A stretch of DNA of 64,000 nucleotides from Octopus vulgaris (Eukaryota). Shown in pieces: positions 52,850 to 64,000 of this stretch; positions within the stretch are counted from its first letter, which is position 1; each line of letters begins with the position of its first letter. Position numbers and translations under genes: made by a program. The notes under the pieces are model-generated. The model ran no database searches. It saw only the letters and a list, made by a program, of their open reading frames with translations, and was not told the origin of the DNA. The stretch spans positions 6,324,001-6,388,000 of the forward strand of contig OX597822.1 in assembly GCA_951406725.2 (NCBI GenBank), written 5' to 3'.

Positions 52850-53041
52850 GGGCAGCTTGAGAGAGGGGATTAAGTTGATCACGTCGATCGCAGTGCGTAA
52901 CTGGAACTTATTTCATCGACCCTGAAAAGATGAAACGAAAAGCCGATCCCGGTGGAATTTGAGCTCAAAACGTGAAGACGGATGAAATGCCACTAAGCAT
53001 TTTTCCCGGCGTGCTAACGATTCTGCTAGCTCGACGCCTTT
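52850..53041 (-). mobile_element. SINE family B
   Basis: Matches 46790-46966. Confidence 0.8.
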
Positions 53042-53339
53042 AATAATACTAATAATAACTCCTAAAACACTATTGAAGCATTATGGAAAGGCTATTAAAG
53101 TATTTCATATGTTTATATTATGCTAATGACATAATGCATTAATATTAATCTACCATTGTTTTAAACTTTTACCTAAATACAAACATTAAAATTTATATAT
53201 TTTTTGTCTTAGTTGAAACTTCAGAATAGAGGTAATATTGCTGAGGAACTGCACCGTAAAAGAGACCATTCTAAGTAATTTTCAGTCCATAACTCTGCTA
53301 AGCACATTCTGTCCGAGACGTTTGCAAAATGTTTGGTGG

Positions 53340-53970
53340 TAGTCTGCTTGGAAGAGCATAAAAGTTCGTGATCAGCACGGCAGCCCCCACCTTATGCGAT
53401 ACGTCATGAAGAGATGGCTTTCTTGAAAGCTGGCTTCGGAGGATCTTTGGTCAATTCTGATCGGTTTAAAGGGCATAATAGTGGGGGAAGTATTGTTATT
53501 TGTGCGTTATTTATTTCCCTGTGGAAAAGACGCGTTCCAGTGGTTAACTGGTCAGTCTGATGCCAGCACCGTCTGGCACATATGTGCGGTCAGACGGGAT
53601 TCTCCGAGAACAAAACATTTAGATCCTTCTGCATGTATACATTCAGTGTCCGAGCATTGCTGACTTGTGGAGTTGTGTCAGACAATTGCTGCCGTGTGTT
53701 GGCGCTTCCCTCTATCGGCTGAGTTCATAGTGAGGATTACCTAATGTCTCGCCGTTCTCCTTTAATCGGGCAGGTAAAGCAATTTTCCTTTTCTCTGACG
53801 ACGGTTGCAAACAATGTTGTCCGTTGGACGAGGTTGAAAGGTATGAGGACAGAGACGTTCCTCTTTGGTAGAGTCCTCATTGACTCTTTCAAGTGAAACT
53901 TGAAAGGAAAGTGAAATTGGGGAGTGAGTGCAATCTTTTAAACGAAAAAGCAAAAGTGGATGGCCTATGA
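53340..53970 (+). mobile_element. Tx1/L1-type LINE ORF2 C-terminal relic
   Basis: FNRAGKAIFL..VANNVVRWTRLKGMRTETFLFGRVLIDSFK is homologous to 21560-21790. Confidence 0.55.
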
Positions 53971-54299
53971 GTAAAAAAAAACACAGGTGATGTTACTCGA
54001 GAAGTTACTTCCTCGAGTCATACCGACTCATGAGGAACGGTTTCCATGGCCTACATATTCTCCACCTGGACAGGACGCCGGCTCGTCGAAGTATTACTCA
54101 TTTTTGCCAGCTGGATGGATTGGAGCAAGGTGAAATGAAGTGTCTTACTCAAGAACACAGCGCGTTGCCTGGTACAAGAATCGAAACCACAATCTTATGA
54201 TTATGAATCCAACATTCTAACCACTAAATCAGGGGCCACCAGAGACCTGTAAGTAGGAGAATAGGAACTAGAGAGGGCGTTTGAACTGGTTTTCAGTGA

Positions 54300-54985
54300 G
54301 ATCTTTGACAGTAGGATTCCGCGATTAGCCTAAGGGGTCCTCTTGTATGAGGAGGATCACATTTCTCTATGAGTGCTTCAGTCGCTCTCTCCACTTTTTT
54401 TGCAGCAGGGAAATTTTGGTAGGTGCTTTCATGGTTGAGCAGAAAACCATTAAATAGTGCATGTAGGCACAGAATTGGCATTTCTGTTTTCTGCCTTCGA
54501 CCACAACATGCAACCTCCTCCCTTCTCTCAGGATGATAGAGTCGGGTATATTTTCTACCTGCTCCTCTTCAATTTGGCAGAGGAGAATCATAACCGCTTC
54601 TATCCAGTTTTGCTCTCTCAACCTGTACGCCTGGAGGATATTTGCCATATATTCAAGTTCGTACAGAACGGCTGCCGCTATATATTCTACGTCAATTTCT
54701 GACGGGATGTCAGACACTTTGATCCTTACTACTCTTCTCCCTTGGTCTGTTAGGACGAGGTGCAGTTACTCACTGCGAAGAGAGGTGACTGAATGATTCT
54801 TCACCTCTTCTTCGTTTTGGAACCTGCTAATGTAGGTCTTACTATCCTAAACAGCATGAAGACATTTCTCTACGAGTGCTTCAGCCGCTCTCTCCACCGT
54901 TTTTTTCCCTTTTAAACTTATCACTTTGTATGTGATTGTTCTCTTCTGGGTCTCTTCCTCGTTTTCAATGGCAGCTACCTTATAA
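54300..54985 (-). pseudogene. Tx1/L1-type ORF1 relic with zinc knuckle
   Basis: VSDIPSEI...IPDSIIL...LHVVVEGRKQKCQFC...H....C; frameshifted. Confidence 0.55.
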
Positions 54986-55176
54986 CACAAATCAATCAAT
55001 AAAAAAAAAGTTTAACAACACGTCACAACAGAAATTCAAACAATTTGGAAAGCTCAAAACGTACGACTTACCGCTCTCACCGCCTTAGTAATAATAATAA
55101 TAGTAATAATAATAATAATAAAAACAACATCGAAAAATACCTTAGGAATGAGAACCCAGGTTCGAAATTTCCGCAA

Positions 55177-55222
55177 GACACTTGGTGAAGACTGGAGGGT
55201 ATATCAGCCGAAACGTTGTGTT
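55177..55222 (+). ncRNA. Degenerate minimal hammerhead motif
   Basis: gacac UUGGUGA agacug..cagcc GAAA cg UU guguu; stems largely intact, two substitutions in the core. Confidence 0.55.
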
Positions 55223-55369
55223 AACAACAAACAAGATGAGGACAGATATCCGTCAAATGTAAATATATACAAACCTTTATGCACTTTTATGTGTGTGTAT
55301 ATATATATATATATACACACACAAACACACATACATGTTGAACAATGGGAATGAGTACTCAACACCGCA

Positions 55370-55503
55370 TTGGTGCATAAAAGTTCTTTAAGTGTGTATA
55401 AAGGCCAGCATTGGTTTCATATTAAGAAAAATATCTTAATATCTTAACAATTTTTCAAGCCGATCACATGGAAGAATGGTGTTCCACCATAAAAGAATGT
55501 GGT

Positions 55504-55535
<32 letters not shown>

Positions 55536-55860
55536 CACACACACACACATAATTATGTATTGTTTTACTTGACGACTCTAGTAGAACAGATGGACCGAAA
55601 TACTTCTGTTTTTAAAGATTAGTAAAACGGCCAGAATTGGGAAATCCTTTCTTTTTCAAGTTTGAAAAATGGTCTGAATGATAAGACTTTCAATAATGAT
55701 GACCTGAAATAGCATTTGCTTCAGTTTTTGGTTGATAAGGACCAGACGTTCTATGAGCGTGGAATCATGAAGTTGTCAGAAAGACGGCAAAAGTTCGTCG
55801 AACAAAATGGAAAATTTATAATATAGTAAACTTTATTTTTTGTATGAAAAAAAATGACTT
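55370..55860 (+). mobile_element. Mariner transposase C-terminal relic
   Basis: DQTFYERGIMKLSERRQKFVEQNGKFII* matches the mariner C-terminus. Confidence 0.75.
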
Positions 55861-56199
55861 TTATTTATTTACATTCTTATACATATATATATATATCGCG
55901 GGTCACAATGCGCTTTACATCATTTTTCACTTTTGAATGATGCCACCCTGCACTGGCTAGGGAAGCTAGTCTGTTGCAGGTTACCCATTTACAGTTGAGT
56001 GGACTGGAGCAAAGGGAAATGAAGTGTTTCGCTGAAGAAACCAGCATACAGCGGGTCTGGGAGTCGGAACCACGACCCCAAGATCGGGAGATCGTGCGTC
56101 TAATCACTACACCACGCACATTGACACCCACACACAAACACAGACACAAACGCACACACACAACACATGTGTGCATGTATATATGTGTATGCATGTAAG

Positions 56200-56238
<39 letters not shown>

Positions 56239-56523
56239 CATGTGATCACGTGACCGACCAGACCATCAGATGTTGTTACACATCGCTGGTCATCATGCGT
56301 TCGCATTGTTTTAGCCTTCGAATGACGCCACCCCCGCTGGCAAAGCGAGCAGGAGAAAGAGTGGTAAAAGAGTACAGCAGGGATCTCCCCACCTGCCGGA
56401 GCCTCGTGGAGCTTTTAGGTGTTTTCGCTCAATAAACACTCACAACGCCCGGTCTGGGAATCGAAACCGCGATCCTGCGACCGCGAGTCCGCTGCCCTAA
56501 CCACTAGGCCATTGCGCCTCCAC
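56239..56523 (-). mobile_element. SINE family C
   Basis: Matches 5185-5490. Confidence 0.85.
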
Positions 56524-56539
56524 ACACACACACACACAT

Positions 56540-56591
<52 letters not shown>

Positions 56592-56624
56592 TCACACACA
56601 CAAACACATATATATATATATATA

Positions 56625-56856
56625 TTTTTTTTACTACCCACAAGGGGCTAAACACAGAGGAGACAAACAAGGACAGACAAACGGATTAAGTCGATTACAT
56701 CGACCCCAGTGCGTAACTGGTACTTAATTTATCGACCCCGAAAGGATGAAAGGCAAAGTCGACCTCGGCGGAATTTGAACTCGGAACGTAACGGCAGAAG
56801 AAATACAGCAACGCATTTCGCCCGGCGTGCTAACGTTTCTGCCAGCTCGCCGCCTT
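56625..56856 (-). mobile_element. SINE family B, full length with long tail
   Basis: Near-identical to 46736-46966. Confidence 0.9.
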
Positions 56857-56859
56857 CTT

Positions 56860-56934
<75 letters not shown>

Positions 56935-57908
56935 GTATTCATGTTTGTGTATGTGTGTAAGCAGGCTCACAATCATACACAATATAAAAACCTGAAACTA
57001 TTAGTCCCCCTTTGCACATATTCGAAATTTATTTACTGATTTCTACTGAACCAATCTTATATCAAAAGTAATTTCCTCGGACTGCTACGCAAAGATATTG
57101 AACTCTTCCAGATATAATAACTGCCTTCCCTATCTCTATTTCGTAAAAGATGTTTACAAGAACATCGGGCACAACCGACGACCACAGACGGAAGCAGTAG
57201 TAAAATCAGCTGAAACATAAATAGTTATTAATAACATAAACCTTCATCTAAAATATTTCATGCAAACGAGTAGCTTTTGTTGATCCAATCAACCCTTAAA
57301 AATGAACGAAAGATAACAGGAAAAGCAAATAAATATATAAAACTGTATAAAATGAAAATAAACAATAAAATGATATGAAAGATGAAAGGAGATAAAGCCC
57401 TTCAACAGAACTAAATAAAATACATATCGTATCAGATGAAATATTTTATCAAGTCTGTACAAAGAATTCAATCTGAGAAAGACAATTTTCAATTTTTTCA
57501 TACATTCTAGAATTATGCTTTTAAACCAATGGAGCAAAAAGTTTAGTATTTGAAGTGTTTTTAATCTTTGGAATGTTTAAAGATAAGATCTAGGAAAAAA
57601 TATTTTTTTATTGAATGTTTCGCGCAGCTTAAGAAGAGAAAAATAGCCGCAAAGCTATGAAATCTTTACATTGACTGGTGTGATAGCATGATTCAATCAT
57701 CTTGTAATCAATCAAATGTCCGTTGTTTAACCTTTAAAAAGAAACACTTATAAGTTAGCAAGTTTTGTAAAGTTTACTTTGATTTTCGGTAGAACTATAA
57801 CTATTTCACATTAGAAGAAATTAGACACAGCATGGCCAACGACGCAGCATGCTCGATTTGTAAACATGAGGTCCTACGTTCGATCCCACAAAATGGCTTC
57901 TAGGATAA

Positions 57909-58297
57909 CTCTTTACTCTTTTACTTGCTTCAGTCATTTGACTATGGCCACGCTGGACGACCGCCTTTAGTTGAACCAATCGACCCCAGGACTTATTCTT
58001 TGTAAGCCTAGTAGTTATTTTATCGATGTCTTTTGCTGAACAGCTAAGTTACATGGACGTAAACGCACAAACAACGGTTGTCAAGCGATGTTGGGAGGAC
58101 AAATACAAACATGCACACACACTCACACATATATATATACGACGGGCTTCTTTCAGTTTCCGTCTACCAAATCCAGTCACAAGGCTTTGGTCTGCCCTAG
58201 GCTATAGTAGAAGACACTTGCCCAAGTTGCCATGCAGTGGGACTGAACCTGACACCATGTGGTTGGTAAGCAAGCTTCGTACCACACAGCCACTCCT
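57909..58297 (-). mobile_element. SINE family A (older copy)
   Basis: Colinear with the other A copies, more substitutions. Confidence 0.85.
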
Positions 58298-58319
58298 AAG
58301 TATAATTTTTCTCAAGCTT

Positions 58320-59780
58320 GTATCGTCCGGCTTTAGGTTCGATGTCGATAAAATAAGTACCAATTGTGTACTGGAATCGATGTAATCAACTTCCACCGTC
58401 TCCCGCAATTGGTGACCCTGTGACAAAATTTGAAACCATTACCATTATTATTACGATGTTTTCAATAACTTCATGCACCTCCGTGTTCCTGAGCTACATG
58501 CAGCCCCGCGGCTTAAAAATGTAGAACTGTGTATGTAAACATCTGACATACATCCGTGTGACCATTAAATCAGTTACGGTTAAGTACTGAGATCGATTTA
58601 ATCAAGTGTTCTTCGACTAAGTATGTCTTGTTTTGTACTTGTGTTATCATACATTATTATTCATAGAGACCGACATCACCTTACATCCTTCGGAGTCAAT
58701 AAAATAAACACCAGTTGAGTACTCAGTGAAAATGTAAACAGCTAATCATCTCCTCCTAAAATTGCTGGTCTTGCGCCAAAACTTTAAATTGTTATTATTA
58801 CAGAAGTGTGGAAGAATCGTTAGCGAGTCCGAATAAAAGACAGTGGCATTTGTTTCGGCTTTTTATATTTCTTGTTCAAATGCTGCTGAAGCCAGCTTTT
58901 ATTTGAAGCCTTCAAATTTGATAAAATAAAGTACTAGTCACATACAGTCGTCATGTATTGACTTACCCACCACCAAAAAGGCAAAACAAAACAAAACAAA
59001 AAAAAAAACAACACTAATCTTGTGCCTAAATCAGAAACCACCATTAAGGTGGTATTTCAGGATTGTGTATTGGCAAGACTCGTTTGGAGGTCGGAGTTCA
59101 AATACCACTAACATCATTGTTACCTTTCATCCCTTCAGCATCAAAATAACGTACTCCGCATAAAATTGTTGGTTGTACTTAAAGCAGAAACCATTATTAT
59201 GGCGGTTTTATTATTACAAGTTTTTTATATTCTGAGTTCAAATCCTTGTGAGGTCAACTTTCGGGCTGTCTACAATAAATGCCAGTCAATTAGTGAGGTC
59301 GCGGGTAGCAAATATGCCCTGCTCACAAAATTGCTGGTCTTGTGTCTAAACCGTTATTAAGACTGTATTTTCTTTACATTTTCAGCTCAAATGCATCCTT
59401 CTTTGGGCAGCGTTTGCATTTCATCCTCTCGCAGTGGACTAAATAAGGTACCAGTCAAGTTGTGCGTTTGATGTAATTGAATGTGCAGCTCAAAGACCAA
59501 AATTTTGGCTTGTGACAAAGTTTTAAATAATATTTATTATTACTGAAACATGGTGGAAGGCAGCGAGTTGGTACGATCGTTAGCACAGCGGATAAAAGGC
59601 ATAGTGGCATTTCATCCGTCTTCATTTCTGAGCTTGAATTCCGCCGAGGTCGGCTTTGCCCTTCATCCTTTCGGCATTAATAAAATAAGAACCAGTGAAG
59701 TATTGGGGTGCGATGTAATCGACATCTCCCAACGCTAAAAAAAAAAAAAAGTTGACCCCGTGCCAAAAGTTAAAACTATT
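58320..59780 (+). repeat. Run of degenerate head-to-tail SINE B units
   Basis: Recurrent TTCAAAT..., CATCCTTTCGG, AATAAGTACCAGT and TTGTG(C/A)CAAA motifs. Confidence 0.6.
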
Positions 59781-60763
59781 AACACACAGTAGGATGTAGG
59801 AAAAAACGATTTTTTATTTTTGATAATGCCTTTTACGTCTTGTGCTTAAATCGTGTCAAGATCAATTTTAAATTTTGTTCTTTCTAAATCAACAGAATAA
59901 GCAATAGTAAGATACTCCATTTTTATTAACTCTTTCTTCACCTCGTATAAGTCTTTCTGCAATATCTGGATAATCTGTTTTTATGGCATTATCGATAAGG
60001 TACATATATAATATCACTCTCTAATTCCCTAATACAGTTGTGTGGGTGTCTATTTGAATCATTTGTCGGTGTATTTACTCAGCAATTAAATTTTTTCAAT
60101 TTTGCTTGTTTATATGCTTCTGGTCGATTGCTTGGAAAGATGTTGGCTTTCATTGATAATCAAGGTCCTTCGTTTTCAGCTATGAGTTTATTGCACGTCT
60201 GAGCCCAGGATAAATTACTTCTTTATCCGCTTCAACTATTCAACGTATCATGAGATATCTTTTGCGCGTAGATTTGTTTGCTAATGAGTTACGGGTCTTC
60301 TTTTTACCTCTCACATTTAGTTTAGGTTTCAAAGATTTAATAAATTACGTTCTTATTTTATTTTCATTCTCACAGCAAATACATTCTCCGACCTTTGTTT
60401 TATATTTCTTGATTTTCCTATTTTGCTGGAATTCATTTTCATTTGCCCGTTTTATTTTTCATTCTATATTTGTATACCTTACAAGTCAATCTATTGTAAT
60501 TTTCTAATGTGCTCGTGGTAAATACAATCAGCTGCCTTTATACAGGCTGTAAGCCGTCCAGTAGGCAAAGTCGTTAGAGCGTCGGCTAGATTATTTTACG
60601 AAAATCGTTCCGGCATTCTGCGCTCCAATTTCAAACATCGCTGAAGTCAACTTTGACTTTCATCTTTTCGGAATCCATAAAATAAATTATCAGTCTTATA
60701 AAGAGATCTATTCTTCTTTTTCTAACATTCTTTTCTTTTCTCTGTGTCTTTGATTTCTGGAAG

Positions 60764-60873
60764 AAATCAGTTTCGGTCAGGCCTAGATGCATGGGCTCCT
60801 GTCGGTAAAAGATAGGGCGCATGGTTACAATACTGTCCCTACGATTCCATCAGAAGTTGGGGCAAAGCAAGGC
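60764..60873 (+). other. Candidate exon (alternative acceptor 60771, alternative donor 60977)
   Basis: CTAAC branch-like site at 60722, pyrimidine tract, AG; GTAAGT donors after 60873 and 60977; ATG at 60787 open through both. Confidence 0.3.
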
Positions 60874-62749
60874 GTAAGTATTCTGAACACGTCGATGCAG
60901 TATGACCAAAGGGTTGAGAAGAGGTCTCCGATTCGATTCCATATTGCGGAATCTTGGGGAAAGGTCGTATTCCTTTCGTAAGTGAATTTGGAATGACAGA
61001 GACATTACAGACTCCTGTCACAGATTCTACGTATAATATAAAAATAAAACCTTGTCATACGTTACGTCATTGTTATTCTGCTGGAGATTTACGTCAATAG
61101 TACACGTGTCTGCGGAATACTTGGCCGCTTACACGCTAGGTCATTGATCAGCATTGACCGAATAATTGAATAATGATTGTCAATCGGACAACCAATCAGC
61201 TAAGCGACCAAAAACACCAACCGACCGACCATTCATATCCATCCATGCATCCATCTCTTTATGCATACAGTCAATATTTGACTTGATTTTATATCGTGAC
61301 TCACCTTACAATTGAAAATGTTATAAGTGTAACTCATTATCAGAACTGCCAGAGTTTTAATATATATTTTGCTCTTTACGTCCTATATAAGTATTAAATA
61401 CCTTGGTATTTATGTTTTGAGTAGTAATCTTAAACATCTATAATGTTCCTTCGAAAAGTTTTTTTTTTTTCATTTGCTAGTTTTGTATTCTGTATATCTC
61501 CAAATTTCTAAATATAAGTAATATAAGTTTGGGCTAATCTGTATAAATTTTCGTTTAGGAAGCTGTTTGTGGATTAATGTGTCTTACTTTTAAGCTTGGT
61601 TTGGCGCGTTTTAACAAACGCATATTTCTTTTGTATTCTCTATTGAGCGTCTGTCTTTTATGTAACCGTATTTGTAATTGTCCGTCGTATGTAGCCTACA
61701 TCTTAAAGTCACCCACATACAGGAGATGGCTGATTGTAATATCATTCCAGTTGTATCACTGTTTAGTTCTGTCATCACATGGCTGCTGTTCTTCAACTCC
61801 AAATCAGCCTGTATATAGTCGCTGTATAATTAATGGCGTTCCATCAGTGACTATCCCATTCTCTTGTTTACCTAGAACACTTTCTTACGTCTTCTGTATT
61901 TACGACAGTATGTTATGCAGAGGATATGGTTTAGTTGCCATCTCAAGAATGTCAAATGATCCCATACAGACATATTGGCTCGTCATTAATTATGTCGGTT
62001 AAAAGGGAAATATTCCTTTTCTATAAGAGTAGCTTTGGGCTTAGAATTCCGTATTTTCTCTACCAATTTGCTATCTATTTTAGATAACAATGGCATATTT
62101 GATTTATAATAGATAAGTAAAAATTAAGAGCGCAGAATTCTTTCTCCTGCAAAGGTAGAACAGGCATTTGCTGCCCCGAAAGATGATAAAATGTATGTGT
62201 CTGTTGAAGCATATTTCGAAATGAAGAAGAGAATAAGAACGCCACAAATTCGTATTTTGGGGGAATAATCATTTTAATTAGTTCCATATTCAGAGCTGCA
62301 GCCATGCTGGAGCACCACCACTAAAATATATTTTAATATATTTCCACATATATTTCAATGTATTTTAATTCTTACATTTATGTTTCCTGGATCTATCAAT
62401 ACGCCGCTTCCTAATGTTCCGCCAAACTTGAATAATAATCTAATGTACATTGTGTTGTGTATAATTAGTTAATTAAAAAATAAATATTTATGCAGATATG
62501 ACTGATACTTTTTAGATTTAAATAGCTGTTATCTATTAATCCCCTCGGAGACAGTAAAAGAACAGTACTTGGTCTTCGATGAATCTTGAGGAAAAAATGC
62601 AGCCGCTCAGAGCAATCTTGATATTTTCCTTGTATAAAGAGGAATATTAGATAAGTTTACATTTGTTTAAATTTAGTGAAGGTACTTGTGATTAAAAATG
62701 ATTACAAATATATAATTATATATTCTTTACTTTTTGAGTCTGGAAAAAG

Positions 62750-63400
62750 AAGCATTGCTCTCGACTTTTGTAAGGTCACCGAGATCAGCAAGACCATTTA
62801 AAATTTTGTAAATGAACATCTGCTGGAAATACATGAGGAGGGAGAAAAGTCGAAAAATTTGATGTTGTTGGTAGGAAGGTAAGATTATAGTGGTTAGTGC
62901 GAGGTTGATGAGGTTGGCTCGAACAAGAATAGCGAATGGAGGAAAATGAGTATTTCTGAGTAGTTCAGTAGAGGAGTCACGAAACCAGCCAGATTTGAGG
63001 AGCAGAGGCTACAACTCTTGCCATAGAAAATCCAGAAAGAGAAGGTAGCACACACGTGGCCCAGAGTTAGGATTGCGTCCCTTTCGGATTAAGCTGTGTC
63101 TGTAGTAGTAACACTGTCCAAGATACGGGAGTCCTCTGTGGGCCTCGCTTATACCACGTAGAGTGCTAGCAGCTGTTAGTGACTGAAATATTTCCCCATA
63201 GGAGAAAAGGGACAACTTTTGAGATACGACTCTATCTATTATAAAGACTGACATTCACAAGGAGAAATCCTTAGTTTTAGTTAGGTACAGAATGTGAAGT
63301 AACTGAGTACCCGTCATATTTAGGAGGGGTTATTGTAATTGTGCCTTCTTAACATGAATTGTATTTGAGATTTTTGCTGTTTGGAGAGCAATTTGCGTCT
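62750..63400 (-). mobile_element. CR1/L2-type LINE ORF2 C-terminal relic
   Basis: Minus strand CSSNLAGFVTP...PRTNHYNLTFLPTTSNFSTFLPPHVFP resembles RT....SF.PRT...WN.LP..VFP. Confidence 0.6.
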
Positions 63401-63460
63401 GGCCTATATCAAACATATATTGTGCTGTGCATTCATAATTAATATTGCAGGTAAAAATAT

Positions 63461-63698
63461 ACTCTCTACTCTCTTTACTCTTTTACTTGTTTCAGTCATT
63501 TGATTGTGGCCATGCTGGAGCACCGCTTTTAGTCGAGCAAATCGACCCCAGAACTTATTCTTTGTAAGCCTAGTACTTATTCTATCGGTCTCTTTTGCCG
63601 AACGGCTACGTTACGGGGAAGTAAACACACCAGCATCGGTTGTCAAACGATGTCGGGGGGGGGGGGCAAACACAGACATACAAATGTATACACACACG

Positions 63699-63730
<32 letters not shown>

Positions 63731-63900
63731 CATATATAAGACGGGCTTCTTTCAGTTTCGGTCTACCAAATCCGCTCACATGGCTTTGGTCTGCTCGAGG
63801 CTTTACTAGAAGACACTTGGCCAGGGTGCCACGCAGTGGGACTGAACCCAGAACCATGTGGTTGGTAAGCAAGCTACTTACCACACAACCACTCCTACGT
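63461..63900 (-). mobile_element. SINE family A
   Basis: Colinear with the other A copies. Confidence 0.9.
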
Positions 63901-64000
63901 CTTATCTTCTTTATAAGCCATTTAGAATATAATCACATGTATCTAAAGGTTTAAGTCAATATATAAATAATATGTCAAAACATATTTTGATGGAAAGTGA

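Noticed and set aside
57828-57900. tRNA-like A/B boxes (also at the SINE heads)
   Set aside because: No complete cloverleaf; decayed SINE heads rather than tRNA genes

Overview
AT-rich eukaryotic, non-genic or intronic DNA, saturated with microsatellites [(TA)n, (TACA)n, (CA)n, (TATC)n, (GAA)n] and transposon debris. The tRNA-derived SINE families look like those of octopus/coleoid cephalopods (recognition only, not verified). No intact host gene is visible. Nearly all ORFs in the track are microsatellite or repeat translations. The only long real ORF (15157-16386) is a 5'-truncated Penelope-like RT + GIY-YIG. Also present: four SINE families (called A-D here), Tx1/L1, CR1/L2 and RTE fragments, mariner relics, a Sola2-like relic carrying a nested Merlin-type MITE and hAT MITE, and a non-autonomous Helitron. 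Most interesting signals: (1) about nine minimal type-I hammerhead ribozyme motifs of several sequence families, one with a fully canonical core and one head-to-head pair with a CCGAUGA core; (2) a head-to-tail SINE trimer inside a single 19-bp TSD; (3) a SINE sharing its 3' tail with a Tx1/L1-type LINE; (4) a ~1.6-kb inversion with a 146-bp inverted duplication; (5) two candidate small + strand exons. All of this was read by eye. Boundaries of degraded repeats are approximate.
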